DNA of 64,000 nt from Thiohalocapsa sp. PB-PSB1 (GTDB lineage: Bacteria > Pseudomonadota > Gammaproteobacteria > Chromatiales > Chromatiaceae), in NCBI GenBank assembly GCA_016745215.1, contig CP050890.1, forward strand, positions 6,029,455 to 6,093,454, read 5' to 3'. Of this stretch, positions 10,001 to 19,000 are shown one piece after another. The notes under the pieces were generated by a model, which saw only the letters and a list, made by a program, of their open reading frames with translations, was not told where the DNA came from and made no database searches. A program made the translations under genes and the position numbers. Each line of letters opens with the position of its first letter. Positions within the stretch are counted from its first letter, which is position 1.

Positions 10001-12081
10001 TGCTCGACGCCGGCGATTTGCTCCAGATCGACGATTTCGCGGGGGTTGAAGAACAGGGGCAGCTCTTTGCCGGAGGCGACCTTGCGCTCGCTGTAGGCGT
10101 TGTTGGAGGGGCCGCCGATGGCCAACGGGGCATCGTCTCGACGAGGGTCGGCGAAACGGGGCTCGATGTCGGCGGCGGTACCTTCGGCCTGATCGCTCGG
10201 GCGCAATGTGCCGGTGTTCAGGGTGGCCTCGATGTGGCGGAATTCGGCGGTGTAGCTCGGATTGGACCTGGTGTTTTTCAGCAGCAGCATGCCGATGAGT
10301 TCGGCGCGCTGGGTCTGGGTGTCGTTGAAGTCGATCAACAGTCCGTCCGAGGCCAGGTCTTTCATCTGCACGTCCAGGCGCCGGCGCGGCCACAACAGCC
10401 AGAACAGAATCGGGCCAAAGATGATGACGCCGGCCAAGGTCAGGTAGAGCAGCCAGGCGTGCAAGCGCAGTTCCGACTGGTTATCTTCGATGGCATCCTT
10501 CTTTTCGCGGGACAGACGCGCGATGTGCTTGGCGGTAACGATGTCCGGATCGCGCTGGTCTTGCTCGGCTCGCTTGCGCAGGTCAGGCTCCCAGGCTTCG
10601 GCAAGCCGCTCAAGCTCCGCGGTGTCGATGGGTCTTTCCTCGAAGCCCGCTCCATTGTCGGGGAACATCCACTTGGGACTTGGCAACCCGCCCGCGATGT
10701 CCGCGCTATCGGTGTTGAAGTAGCTGAAGCTGGGCTCTGGTTGGATAAGCGCCACCCTGGCAAGGTCGCGGGCGCCAAGGCGGTGGCGATAGGGGTACAG
10801 GGACGGGGTGTTGGTGTTGCCGGGGAACTCCATGACGAAGTGGACTCGATAGCGTAGTTGGGACGGTACCTGGCCTTCGGGATAGTCAAGCTCAGGACCG
10901 CCCTGGCCGCAGTCAACGCGATCGGAGTCTCGCGCCGGTGACTGGCATGGTATCCAGCGCGCGCCGTCTTCGCTCCACTCCATCTGGTCGGGAATTAGGC
11001 GGTAAAGACCGTTTGGGTCGTCGAAGCCGGTGGCGAAGATCGGATTGTTGCCGACGAGACGGACGCCAGCGTCGTCGGTGTTGCCGCGGCGATAGAGAAC
11101 ATCGAGGGTAACTCGTTTTTGCTCGGTACGGGCAAGACCGCTCAAGGCTGGCACCTTGGGCTCGACAGACAGATAGGAGATCAGAAAGCCCTTGCCCCAG
11201 CCGGAGACCTTCTTGTAGGCATCCGGGCGGCAATCGAAGGGTTGCGTGAAGACGCTCCGAACTTCATGAGTCGGCAACACGCAGTCGATAGACTCGGCGC
11301 CGATGTCAAAGACCTTGTTGACCTGCCTGCTCAGCGCTGCATGCTGGTCGAAGCCGTCGTCGGCCGCCGTTGTCTTGGAGCGTTTTTGGATGACCCTGTG
11401 TTCGTCGGAGGCGTTTGCGTCGCTGTTGAAATCGCCGTCGGTGATGCGAACGATGTAGGTATTGTCGACGTCGCTTTGCGGAAGTCCGCCATGTTGAAAA
11501 GCCTCGCCTAGAAAGGGCAGGCTGGCGGCCGTTGCGGCGACTAGTGGCGAATGGCCGCCGAACGCGTCCTTGAGCTGGATTTCGCCGACGGGCGTACCCT
11601 GGACGTCGGTTTGGGTGAAGGATAAATAGGCTTCGGTGGTGGGCAGTATCCAGCTCTTGAGCAGAATGTCGTTGGTCAAAAAGAGATCGTGCTGGCGATA
11701 GGAGGGATAATCGAAGTCCACCCGGAACAGCAGTACCGAGATTTCGTCAGCGGTTGGGTCGTACGTCGGAATGGGCGACGGGGTCTCTGTAAGGACCTTG
11801 TCGATGAATTGACGCATGATCTCCGCCATCGCCCGGTTATTTCCGGTCATGCCCTGCCAAAGGTTATCGACCTTGGCATGCTGCTTGTACACCGAGCCGC
11901 TGGCGTCGAACAGCACAATATAATGGTTTTTGGCCACTGCCAGCGTGGGCCAGGTAAGAGCCAATGCGATGAAGGCGACGGTCAGGGCTCGCCCCTGGCG
12001 GAGCAGCCATTCAAACGCTGCTGGCGTTGTTGTGCCGATCCCGCGCATCCCGGTTCTCCGATCGATCTTTCTGGTTTTCAT
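7039..12081 (-). CDS. giant membrane protein: signal/TM - vWA (MIDAS) - TM - Hsp70/actin-fold ATPase
   Basis: vWA motifs IVLFDASGSV ... RITDGDFNSD. Hsp70-like phosphate-1 LAIDFGTSAMAVA, phosphate-2 VYDIGAGTLDLTY, adenosine motif VILSGRTSLWPGF. The ORF in the track runs to 12567. I place the start at MKTRKIDRR (~12081) to avoid a 467-nt overlap with the upstream gene. Confidence 0.7.
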   Translation of the reverse strand: MKTRKIDRRTGMRGIGTTTPAAFEWLLRQGRALTVAFIALALTWPTLAVAKNHYIVLFDASGSVYKQHAKVDNLWQGMTGNNRAMAEIMRQFIDKVLTETPSPIPTYDPTADEISVLLFRVDFDYPSYRQHDLFLTNDILLKSWILPTTEAYLSFTQTDVQGTPVGEIQLKDAFGGHSPLVAATAASLPFLGEAFQHGGLPQSDVDNTYIVRITDGDFNSDANASDEHRVIQKRSKTTAADDGFDQHAALSRQVNKVFDIGAESIDCVLPTHEVRSVFTQPFDCRPDAYKKVSGWGKGFLISYLSVEPKVPALSGLARTEQKRVTLDVLYRRGNTDDAGVRLVGNNPIFATGFDDPNGLYRLIPDQMEWSEDGARWIPCQSPARDSDRVDCGQGGPELDYPEGQVPSQLRYRVHFVMEFPGNTNTPSLYPYRHRLGARDLARVALIQPEPSFSYFNTDSADIAGGLPSPKWMFPDNGAGFEERPIDTAELERLAEAWEPDLRKRAEQDQRDPDIVTAKHIARLSREKKDAIEDNQSELRLHAWLLYLTLAGVIIFGPILFWLLWPRRRLDVQMKDLASDGLLIDFNDTQTQRAELIGMLLLKNTRSNPSYTAEFRHIEATLNTGTLRPSDQAEGTAADIEPRFADPRRDDAPLAIGGPSNNAYSERKVASGKELPLFFNPREIVDLEQIAGVEHARLTIPAKVHIGAGRAGERTLKHHWDVELIPERTHLCQKCMDLRADDDGHPFIPVEYQAGAVSRFASYQLTSSAMHRYSYTVRGLLGVDVHDAQGKTKSGAVELVHRDDRDSQLELYLRHKEPMLVDLHLDFRKLSNPIERDNYRIVIFYSEPVEDAPPKDADLPLPVPAARDKPRWQKIDEWRLEVQRSAERTDVSVVILYTETQRSKALNEARNSLSAPFPIGSRQRPISVHRHVQEGMRQHDLFKVRLGNACRNGHGHADWQARIRVTHRHNIQLEPGALNLLDGRGEPRAAGTLRDSPVLEERQLDLSATLDLELVIITGRDFRLEIEVEVDWQVHAKDPRDKNAVKRFQTSAQAICLLRHEPPRHVLAIDFGTSAMAVAHAIGPQNIELLPLPKRLDAIEKETKIDRRWDDPGKRNPYFLASELNVCNDRDKLARTRPDSPDFLDLPLILSALTNDPDTCFSSLKALISAGYTVLPIDARKHPYTNLADQPENLSSPPLDAVIEGAYHGLVQHFIAPILEQQNTGYSHVYITHPNTYTQNHVEQLRKVVEQVFSGMAQGENIVYPDNIHFISESDAVAYYYLMHAHDLRTSGSVVPDRERILVYDIGAGTLDLTYLEVDWIRNDAGGRTPKRIRVLRRGGVTKAGDLLDECIARDLHAYLDANLGDRYLTRIVVKDEGETMSVAESTRMDELRQQIHQLKADLSAGKKPRLELTSKYATAAQLVKTKAEETRGMYRSIAEIDATESGKVFWTPRSERILDGAYASAFIDRVTRVEVERFLGKDLQQPDTVILSGRTSLWPGFRERLAKTLGDIPNWVDFNAEADSLKRVVVLGVVEREYRWRNIEIESPKTAGVFGVRYEPRAEQWDFLAYPESGKRVEFFLQDASEVQIGLETNNGFTSCFNLLPDLFYAGDCKLTIQLDFDETGYLKAEVTNTAGRTWRLTGRQSIPTLSYHRRPWPLGAAKLCAQSQADLLDDKGESK

Positions 12082-12100
12082 GCGAATTCGGTCCTGAGCA

Positions 12101-15100
12101 TCAATGCCAGCGCAGCAGTCCCCAAACGACAGCAACAAACTGTTCCAGCCAAGGATCCTGGTCGATGGGCGCCGCCAGGTCGTGGTTGCCGATCCGCCGC
12201 GCAAGGTCGTCCGGGGACTCTTCCGGACCAGCATTGAAACGACGCAGGGCTGGTTGACTGGCGGCCTCGGCCAGCCAGCGCTCGGCGATGCGTTGGAAGG
12301 TGGCCAACGGTGCCTGCTGCTGCTCGCCGAGGACGATCTCCGGGATGGTCTGTCCGGCAAGCCCGCGCACCGACCAGATGGTACGCATGCCGTCATCGCG
12401 TGCTTGCAGGCGGCCAGCAGCCAGGCCCTCCAGCGCAAAGCCGAGCAAGGCTTGGGGGTCGCGGCAGAGAGTGACCAGGGTCGCCGCCAGGGCCACGGGC
12501 TCGCGGTTCTCGGCGTGACAGTAGGCGTGGTAGCCGCGATAGGCGATGCGCTCTTCGTTGAAGACATAGGTCGGCACCAGAACCTCGCCCATCAGCGATG
12601 CGGTGATCGGGGCTGGCCACAGCCGGTTGCTGGGCAGGTGCTCCTCGCAGCTGATGACCCTGACCTCGAGGGCGTCGACTGGATCGAGCCGGACCTGATC
12701 GACATGTGCGGCACCAGCGTATTGATCGATACCCTGGACCAGAAACAGGCCGCGGGCGCCTTGAATCTGCTCGGTGCGCGGACGCTCGGGGCGCAGCTCG
12801 GGCATGTCGGCCAGATCTTGGTCGGCCAGGGTCCAGGTGGCGAAGTCCGGGCTCAGGTCGGTGCCGACCTCGATCAATTCCTCGGCCAGCTTGCCCAAGG
12901 CCTCGGTCTCCGCGGCCAGCCGGTCGGTGGTCCAGGTCAGATCTTGGCTGCCGCGGACCTGAAGGTTGATGTGCAGCTGGATGTCGTCGCGTTCGACGTG
13001 CCAGGCGAGCCGATCGGTGAGCCGATCGCCGAGCTTGGCCAGAAAGCGCTCGGGCAATCGCCCGATTTGCGCCCAATCCAACGGCAGGCGCGGTGAGCGC
13101 GGCGTGCCGCGGCGTATGCCATCAGTGCTGTCGGCATCGCGCAGGATGTCGATCTCGATGCGCAACAAGCCGGTGCGCTCGTCGAGCAGCCGCAGCAGGC
13201 CATCGCCGTCTTGGCCCTCGCCGAGATGCAGATCCCAGTCACCGAGACGACGCAGCAGGGTTTCGGTCTCGGTGATGGCCTGGGTGCTCAGTTCGGCGAC
13301 AGTCTCGGCCTCACGCCGGACCACCGGGGAGTTGGAGTGCCGGACCAGGTGGTCGGCAATCTCGGTGCCCTCGCGCAATCGGCCGGAGAGTTCGCGCAGA
13401 GCGTGGATGCAAATGGCCAAGGCATGGGGCTCGCAGATGTCCTGCCAGCCGTGGTTCAGGGTGTCCAGCAGCCACTTGTCCAGGACCGCCCGAACCAGCT
13501 CGCGCTGCTTTTCGAACAGTTCGTCACGGGCTAGCGGCGAGATGCCGCCGCTGATCTCGGGACCAGCACCATGGCTGAGATTCTGCTGCAGCTTGGTGGC
13601 ATCGGCCAGTGCCGACAAGGCGTTGAAGACCCAGGGGTAGTCGGTACCCTGCGGGCGCGCGTCCAGCCAGGCATGCAGCAGCAGAGCGACGCGCTCGGGC
13701 TTGTGGGCATCGACGCGATAGTCGACAAAGCTTTGCTCGTCCACATCCCAGAGCCGGTTGGCAAGGGTGCGGCGCAGGGTGTCGACGATCAAATAATCAC
13801 GCAACGTGGCCGGGTAGAGATAGTGGGAGGCGGGCTCCATGCGATACAACAGGCAGCGCCCCTGGGCGGCGGTCAGGCGAGCGTTTTCAGCATCCTGGCT
13901 GACAATGTGCCCGCGCAGGCTGCCGCTTTGGTCGCTGGCAACCCAGGTGAAGATGATCTCGGCGGTCTTTGGATAGAGAACCTCCTCGGCACGCCATTCC
14001 TCGCGGGCAGCGGGGCCGACGATCAGCACTCGATCGAACCAGCGCCGCACCGATGGCAGCCCTGGCGCCGGGGATATCGGTTCGCCGCGGCGGGTGGAAA
14101 AGCGGTCCAGTTCGGCAAGCAAAGCACGATGGTTGACCTCGCGCATGGCCCGTTCCTCGGGCAGGATGTCGAGGGTCTGCTGCGCATGGGGTGCCGATAA
14201 GAACAGGTTTGTAGCGCTGTCGCCAAAGCCGCGTTGCTCTAGCAGGTAGCGCAGCAGCCAGCAGAGGTCGAGCAGACCGCCGCTGCCGGTGCCGCCGCCG
14301 CTGCTGGCAGTGAGGATGAGGTCCAAACCGCGGTCGCCGGCGCGGGTAATCAGGTGATCGAGCAGCGGGCCGAGGCGGGCCTCCAGCTCGACGCGGTTCT
14401 CGAGTAGCGCCAGGCGTCCCAGCGGGCGCAGCAGACCAGTACCGCGATGCAGGTCGGGGCGCACGCCGCCGGCGCTCAGGGCGGCGGCATCGAGCCAGGC
14501 ATGAGCTGGCGCAGTGGCGGTGGCCTCGGTGGCGATGATGGGCTCTAGCGGACGCTCCAGCGTGATGCGCTGGTCCGGCTTCAGCCCGACCATGCCAGCC
14601 CTTGGCGATGGGAAGAACAGCTCGTCGGCGGTGTCGATGGCAAGGAAGCGCAGTTGCTCGGGGTCGACGCGCTCTTCACGCTCGGCGAGCAGGCGCTTGG
14701 CATGCACCAGGGCCTGGATGCCGGCATAACCGAGGCCAACGATCAGCGTCGGTCGCATTGACAGCTTTGGATCGGGCGACCTGGCCCGCTCGAGCAGTGG
14801 TGGCAACTCCAGCGGTTGGGGCTTGGGCTTTACGCTGAGCGGCGCCGCGGGAGGGGCCTCGCCGCAGCGTATGAAACGCCCGAACAGCAGATAATAGAGC
14901 GGGTTGAGGATGAGCCAGAGCAACTGCCAGCCGAGGATGCGGGGCAGCACCAAGACCCGGGGGCCGGCGTTGGATAGGCACTCGTGGGTTTGATTGTCGG
15001 TGGTCTTGGCGTCGAGCCGCGCCGGCTCCGGCGCGATCTGCCACCAGCCGGGGCAGAGCGCTTCGACATTGTAGTGCAGCTTGATCGGTTCTTCCTGCAA

Positions 15101-16039
15101 TACCGCGAGGAGCCAGCAGAATTCGCCGTCCTTGAGGCTGAAAGCGGACGGCTGCAATTCCCCCCAGCCGCGTAGCCCCCAACTGCTGGTGATCAGGTAA
15201 TGCTCAGAGACCTTGACCTCGGTGGCCTCGATGCCGGTGATCATGCGCCCGACCTCGGAATAGAGGGCGGTGAGCTGGTCGATCTGGTCAGCATGGAAGC
15301 AATGATCCGGGCTGCTGGCGATGCGGCGCAGCAGTGGCATGTCGGCGGCGCCGATACCGATGGTGATCAACAACAGGTCCGGATCTTGCTTGAGGGCTTC
15401 GGCGTTGGCGACGGCGGGCTCTGCCTCGCTGCCACCGTCACTGAGCAGCAGCACGGCACGCTGCCGCGGCTGGCCGTCCGGATCACCGGCATGCTGTTCC
15501 AGAGACTTACCGGCAACATCCAGGCCGAGGGCGATGTCGGTAGCGCCACCGCGGGCGATGCCCTTAAGAGCCCGGATCAGTCCCTGGCGGCGGTCGGTCA
15601 GCGGACAGACCTCGCGCGCCTCGTGGTCGAACTCGACCACCGAGAAGCGGAAGCTGCCCGGCGTGGTGCGTACTAGATTGATCGCCGCATCGCGCGCTCC
15701 CTGCAGGGCGCTGCCGAGTCCGGAACCCATGCTGCCGGAATGGTCGATGACCAGCACCAGATCCCAAGGCTCGGGCTCGGGCTCGGTCTCGGTTTGCGGT
15801 CGCGGCAGCCCGGTGGCGGAGCAGCCGAGGGTGACGCCGATGATGTCGCCGACGAGGCAGAGGCGGCGCTCTACGGTGCGCACCAGGGGCTGATTGGCCG
15901 GCTGCGGATTGCGCCCCATGAGCCAAAACAGCGCAAGACCCAGCAGCACCCACAATAAGAGAATCAGGCTCAGTATCAATAGCATTGTTCGGTTCCAGGG
16001 CTGACACCAATCCGTCGGTACCGCAGCGGCACCACCCAT
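12101..16039 (-). CDS. giant membrane protein: TM - vWA (MIDAS) - TM - tubulin/FtsZ-like GTPase
   Basis: 1312 aa. vWA motifs LVLVIDHSGSMGS ... LLLSDGGSE. T1-like loop IVGLGYAGIQA. Canonical tubulin/FtsZ signature in ILTASSGGGTGSGGLLDL. Confidence 0.7.
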   Translation of the reverse strand: MGGAAAVPTDWCQPWNRTMLLILSLILLLWVLLGLALFWLMGRNPQPANQPLVRTVERRLCLVGDIIGVTLGCSATGLPRPQTETEPEPEPWDLVLVIDHSGSMGSGLGSALQGARDAAINLVRTTPGSFRFSVVEFDHEAREVCPLTDRRQGLIRALKGIARGGATDIALGLDVAGKSLEQHAGDPDGQPRQRAVLLLSDGGSEAEPAVANAEALKQDPDLLLITIGIGAADMPLLRRIASSPDHCFHADQIDQLTALYSEVGRMITGIEATEVKVSEHYLITSSWGLRGWGELQPSAFSLKDGEFCWLLAVLQEEPIKLHYNVEALCPGWWQIAPEPARLDAKTTDNQTHECLSNAGPRVLVLPRILGWQLLWLILNPLYYLLFGRFIRCGEAPPAAPLSVKPKPQPLELPPLLERARSPDPKLSMRPTLIVGLGYAGIQALVHAKRLLAEREERVDPEQLRFLAIDTADELFFPSPRAGMVGLKPDQRITLERPLEPIIATEATATAPAHAWLDAAALSAGGVRPDLHRGTGLLRPLGRLALLENRVELEARLGPLLDHLITRAGDRGLDLILTASSGGGTGSGGLLDLCWLLRYLLEQRGFGDSATNLFLSAPHAQQTLDILPEERAMREVNHRALLAELDRFSTRRGEPISPAPGLPSVRRWFDRVLIVGPAAREEWRAEEVLYPKTAEIIFTWVASDQSGSLRGHIVSQDAENARLTAAQGRCLLYRMEPASHYLYPATLRDYLIVDTLRRTLANRLWDVDEQSFVDYRVDAHKPERVALLLHAWLDARPQGTDYPWVFNALSALADATKLQQNLSHGAGPEISGGISPLARDELFEKQRELVRAVLDKWLLDTLNHGWQDICEPHALAICIHALRELSGRLREGTEIADHLVRHSNSPVVRREAETVAELSTQAITETETLLRRLGDWDLHLGEGQDGDGLLRLLDERTGLLRIEIDILRDADSTDGIRRGTPRSPRLPLDWAQIGRLPERFLAKLGDRLTDRLAWHVERDDIQLHINLQVRGSQDLTWTTDRLAAETEALGKLAEELIEVGTDLSPDFATWTLADQDLADMPELRPERPRTEQIQGARGLFLVQGIDQYAGAAHVDQVRLDPVDALEVRVISCEEHLPSNRLWPAPITASLMGEVLVPTYVFNEERIAYRGYHAYCHAENREPVALAATLVTLCRDPQALLGFALEGLAAGRLQARDDGMRTIWSVRGLAGQTIPEIVLGEQQQAPLATFQRIAERWLAEAASQPALRRFNAGPEESPDDLARRIGNHDLAAPIDQDPWLEQFVAVVWGLLRWH

Positions 16040-16078
16040 TGGGGGTGGCCACCGGGTTGCAGCACCAAGGCCATGCGC

Positions 16079-19000
16079 TCAATCCTTCGCGAGCCAGGCC
16101 AGATAGTCGGTGAAATGAATGTCCAAAGTGTCGGGCTCCGGAGGAGGCCTCGATGCATCCTCCACCGGCACGGTCAGCGCATGGCTGACGTAGTAGGCGG
16201 CCGCATCGGCCAGCGACTGGCTTTGCAACAGACTGACGCGCTGCTGACCGTTGGCCGCGTGTACGTACCACAGATTATCACTGGGATTACGGCTGACCTG
16301 GCCGTTCTGGTAAAGGCGTGCGAACTGTTGCAGACGCGGTCGGTCTTCCAGGGCGATGCCAAGTACTGGCGGCAAAACCAGGCCATCGCGCCCAATAGCA
16401 TCGGCGAACTTGGCCGCCTCGCGCTGAAGCAGACGATCGGGCCGATGCAGCAGCTGCGCGTCGCGTGCGGCACTTCCTCCCTCGCTGAGTTCAGCCTGCA
16501 ATAACGGCAGGGCTTGCAGCAGGCTGATACGATTGCGATCATGCAATGCAACCACCTTGACCTGCTCGGCGGCGTTGACGGTCAGCTGTCGCAGGGTGCG
16601 AATCAGCTTAGTCTGGAAGGCGTGCAGTTCGGGATCGGCGATGCACTCGAGATCCGGTAGCGTCGCCAACAGGCTGCTACGCTCGCCACGCAACGGGCCT
16701 TTGAGGCTGTTGACAAAGGGCACCAGGGCCTGATCGCTGTCATCCTCGGTGACCGCGCGCAGCATCGATAACACGTGAAAATCGTTGGCGCGGTCGAACA
16801 CCGGCCCGGCCTCCTCGCGCAGATCCTTCTCAAAGCGTTGCAGTTCCGCCAGGCTCGGTCCATAGCGTCGCGCCTTGGCTCCGCGCAGAACCAGGTTGAC
16901 GCCGACCGGGTCGCCACCAAAACCTGGGGCGCTGAGTTCCCAATGGCAGCGCCCGGCGAGCACCGGAACCAGCTTTTCGTCATCGGTATTGAGCCAGCCA
17001 CGCACAAAGCTCGACAGCAAGTCGTCGAGCTTGCGTTCCAGGCTGTCGCGATCGGCCAGGTCGGCACTGGTCAGCGGTGCTAGCAGTGTCCGCGAGCGGC
17101 CTCGCTCCCATTCGATCAACCGATCCAGCACCTGCCCTGAGTCGGTGGAACGCTCGACCAGAATGCCGCCATAGTCGGTGAGCAGAGCGCCATCGCCGAG
17201 CTCTACCAGCAGGCGGCTGCCGAGGAAGAGTTCGATCCAGGTCAGGGCCTGGCGACGGACGGCATCGAACACATTGCCTAGATCGGAAAGCACCGGATTG
17301 GCGCCCCGGTCAACGCATTCGCCCAGGTGCCTGGACATGGTGTTGGCCATGCGTGCAAGGGCGAGCAATCCCAGGGTGCGCTCGCGCAGCTCGCGGTTGG
17401 CATTGGTAATCAACCGCACTCGCATGGCGTTGGCTGCCTCGGTGAGGAGATCGCTGTCCAGGGACAAGCTGTCGAGAGCCTCGCAATGGCCCAGAGCCGC
17501 TTGGCAGAGGGCGGCAACCATGCCTGCTGGATCGACTCCGGAGTCAAGTCCGCAGAGCTTCTCGCCATCGACGGGAAGCGGCTCAAGTGTCGCTCGGCCC
17601 TGGTCGTGCTCTAGTTCCGGGAACAATACCTGTCGGTTGCCGAGCAGATTGATCAAGCGATTGAGCAACAGCTCGCGGAAGAAGCTGCGGGGGAAAACCG
17701 CATCGTGAACGGCGATCTCGGTGTAAAGTTCGCGCCCTTGCTCGGCCCGTCGCCGCACTTCGGCACCCTGGATGGCCTGGAGCTGATAGGTCAGCTCGGT
17801 ACGCCGGGAGCGGTCAAGCAGCAGCATCGCGGCATCGGCTGCTGCCGGCAGATCGTCGGCGTCGAGTCCGTTGCGGCCCGCCCGCATGGGCAGTGCGAAG
17901 ATCGCGTCCTGGGGGCGACGGCTGACCAGGCCATCGAGCGCGCTCGGTTTTATGTCTTTGGCTGTTGTGTCTTTGGCGCCGTCAAGCTGATCGGGGTTGG
18001 CTGCGACAGCAGCCAGACGGTGCTGGAACGGACGGCTGCCGGCGGTTGCCAAGCGGTCGATCTCGGCAAACAATACCGGCGAGTCCAGCGGCACCAAGGT
18101 GCCGCGCTTGGCTTGGCGCTCACCAATGAGCAGACAGTTGAGCTCGACCGCCTGACCGGCATGCTCGTCGTCGGCGACCAGTCTGCGCAACAGGATCAGC
18201 ATGTCGGTCAGCCAACCGGTGCTGACGCCGCCACGCAGGCTGGCGACCAGAAGGATTTGGCGTCGGCGTTGCTCTGGGCGGATCTTGCGCCAATCGTCCA
18301 GCGCTCGGGTCAAACGGTTCAGCAGAGCGCTCCGCCCACCATTGGCGAGATCGTTCAACAGGGCTAATCGGGCAAGCGGCGCCTGGCCTCGAGTGCCATT
18401 CGATAACCGTAGCGCTTCGGCGCCCATATCGACATAAGGGTAAAGGTCGAGCGCCGCCGCCGGGTCATTGCGATCGCGGATGGCCCGTTGCTGTTGCTGG
18501 TGGACGGCGTCGTACAGTGCGCAGGATTCGGTCGGGAGCACGAACACCTGATCGCGCGAGAGCGGGTCGAGACAACCCGGGACTGGCTCGCCAGCACCAT
18601 CGCGCAATTCGTCGCGGGCGACATCCAGCGCCAACAGAACCGGCTGACTGTCGGCATGATTAAAGCTGTCGGCTAGGTTCTGTTTGATCTGTGTCAGAAC
18701 CGCACGGGCCGAACCGCCCAGACCGAGCACTAGTGTTGGAACCCAATCGACGCGCTGGGCATCGGGCGGGAAGCGTAGGGGTAGATTTGGTGGTGGGCGG
18801 TATTCCTTGCGCCATTGTACCGGCGCAAGCTCCGGCGGTGTTGCCGAGGCGCGGAACAGCCAGGCGAGCCAAGTCGCCAGCAGGTAGGCAATGGCCGGCA
18901 GCATCAGCATGAACAGGAACAGCCAGGTGACCACCAACACCTTCGGCATGGCCTCTGTATCCGGCTTGATCCGATAAGGCTCGCCGGACGATGTGGTGTA

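Noticed and set aside
12101-12567. 467-nt overlap between the 1312-aa and 1842-aa ORFs
   Set aside because: This is not a real overlap. The upstream 160 codons of the 1842-aa ORF are Pro/Ser/Arg-rich junk. A start at ~12081, followed by a signal-like hydrophobic segment, gives a normal ~20-nt junction.
6964-16504. Many long antisense or alternate-frame ORFs inside the giant genes (for example 6964-8499 +, 9613-10857 +, 12104-13096 +, 7236-7937 -, 8660-9454 -)
   Set aside because: These are typical high-GC shadow ORFs: Ala/Arg/Gly/Pro-rich, with no motifs. They lie entirely within better-supported genes that carry clear domain signatures.
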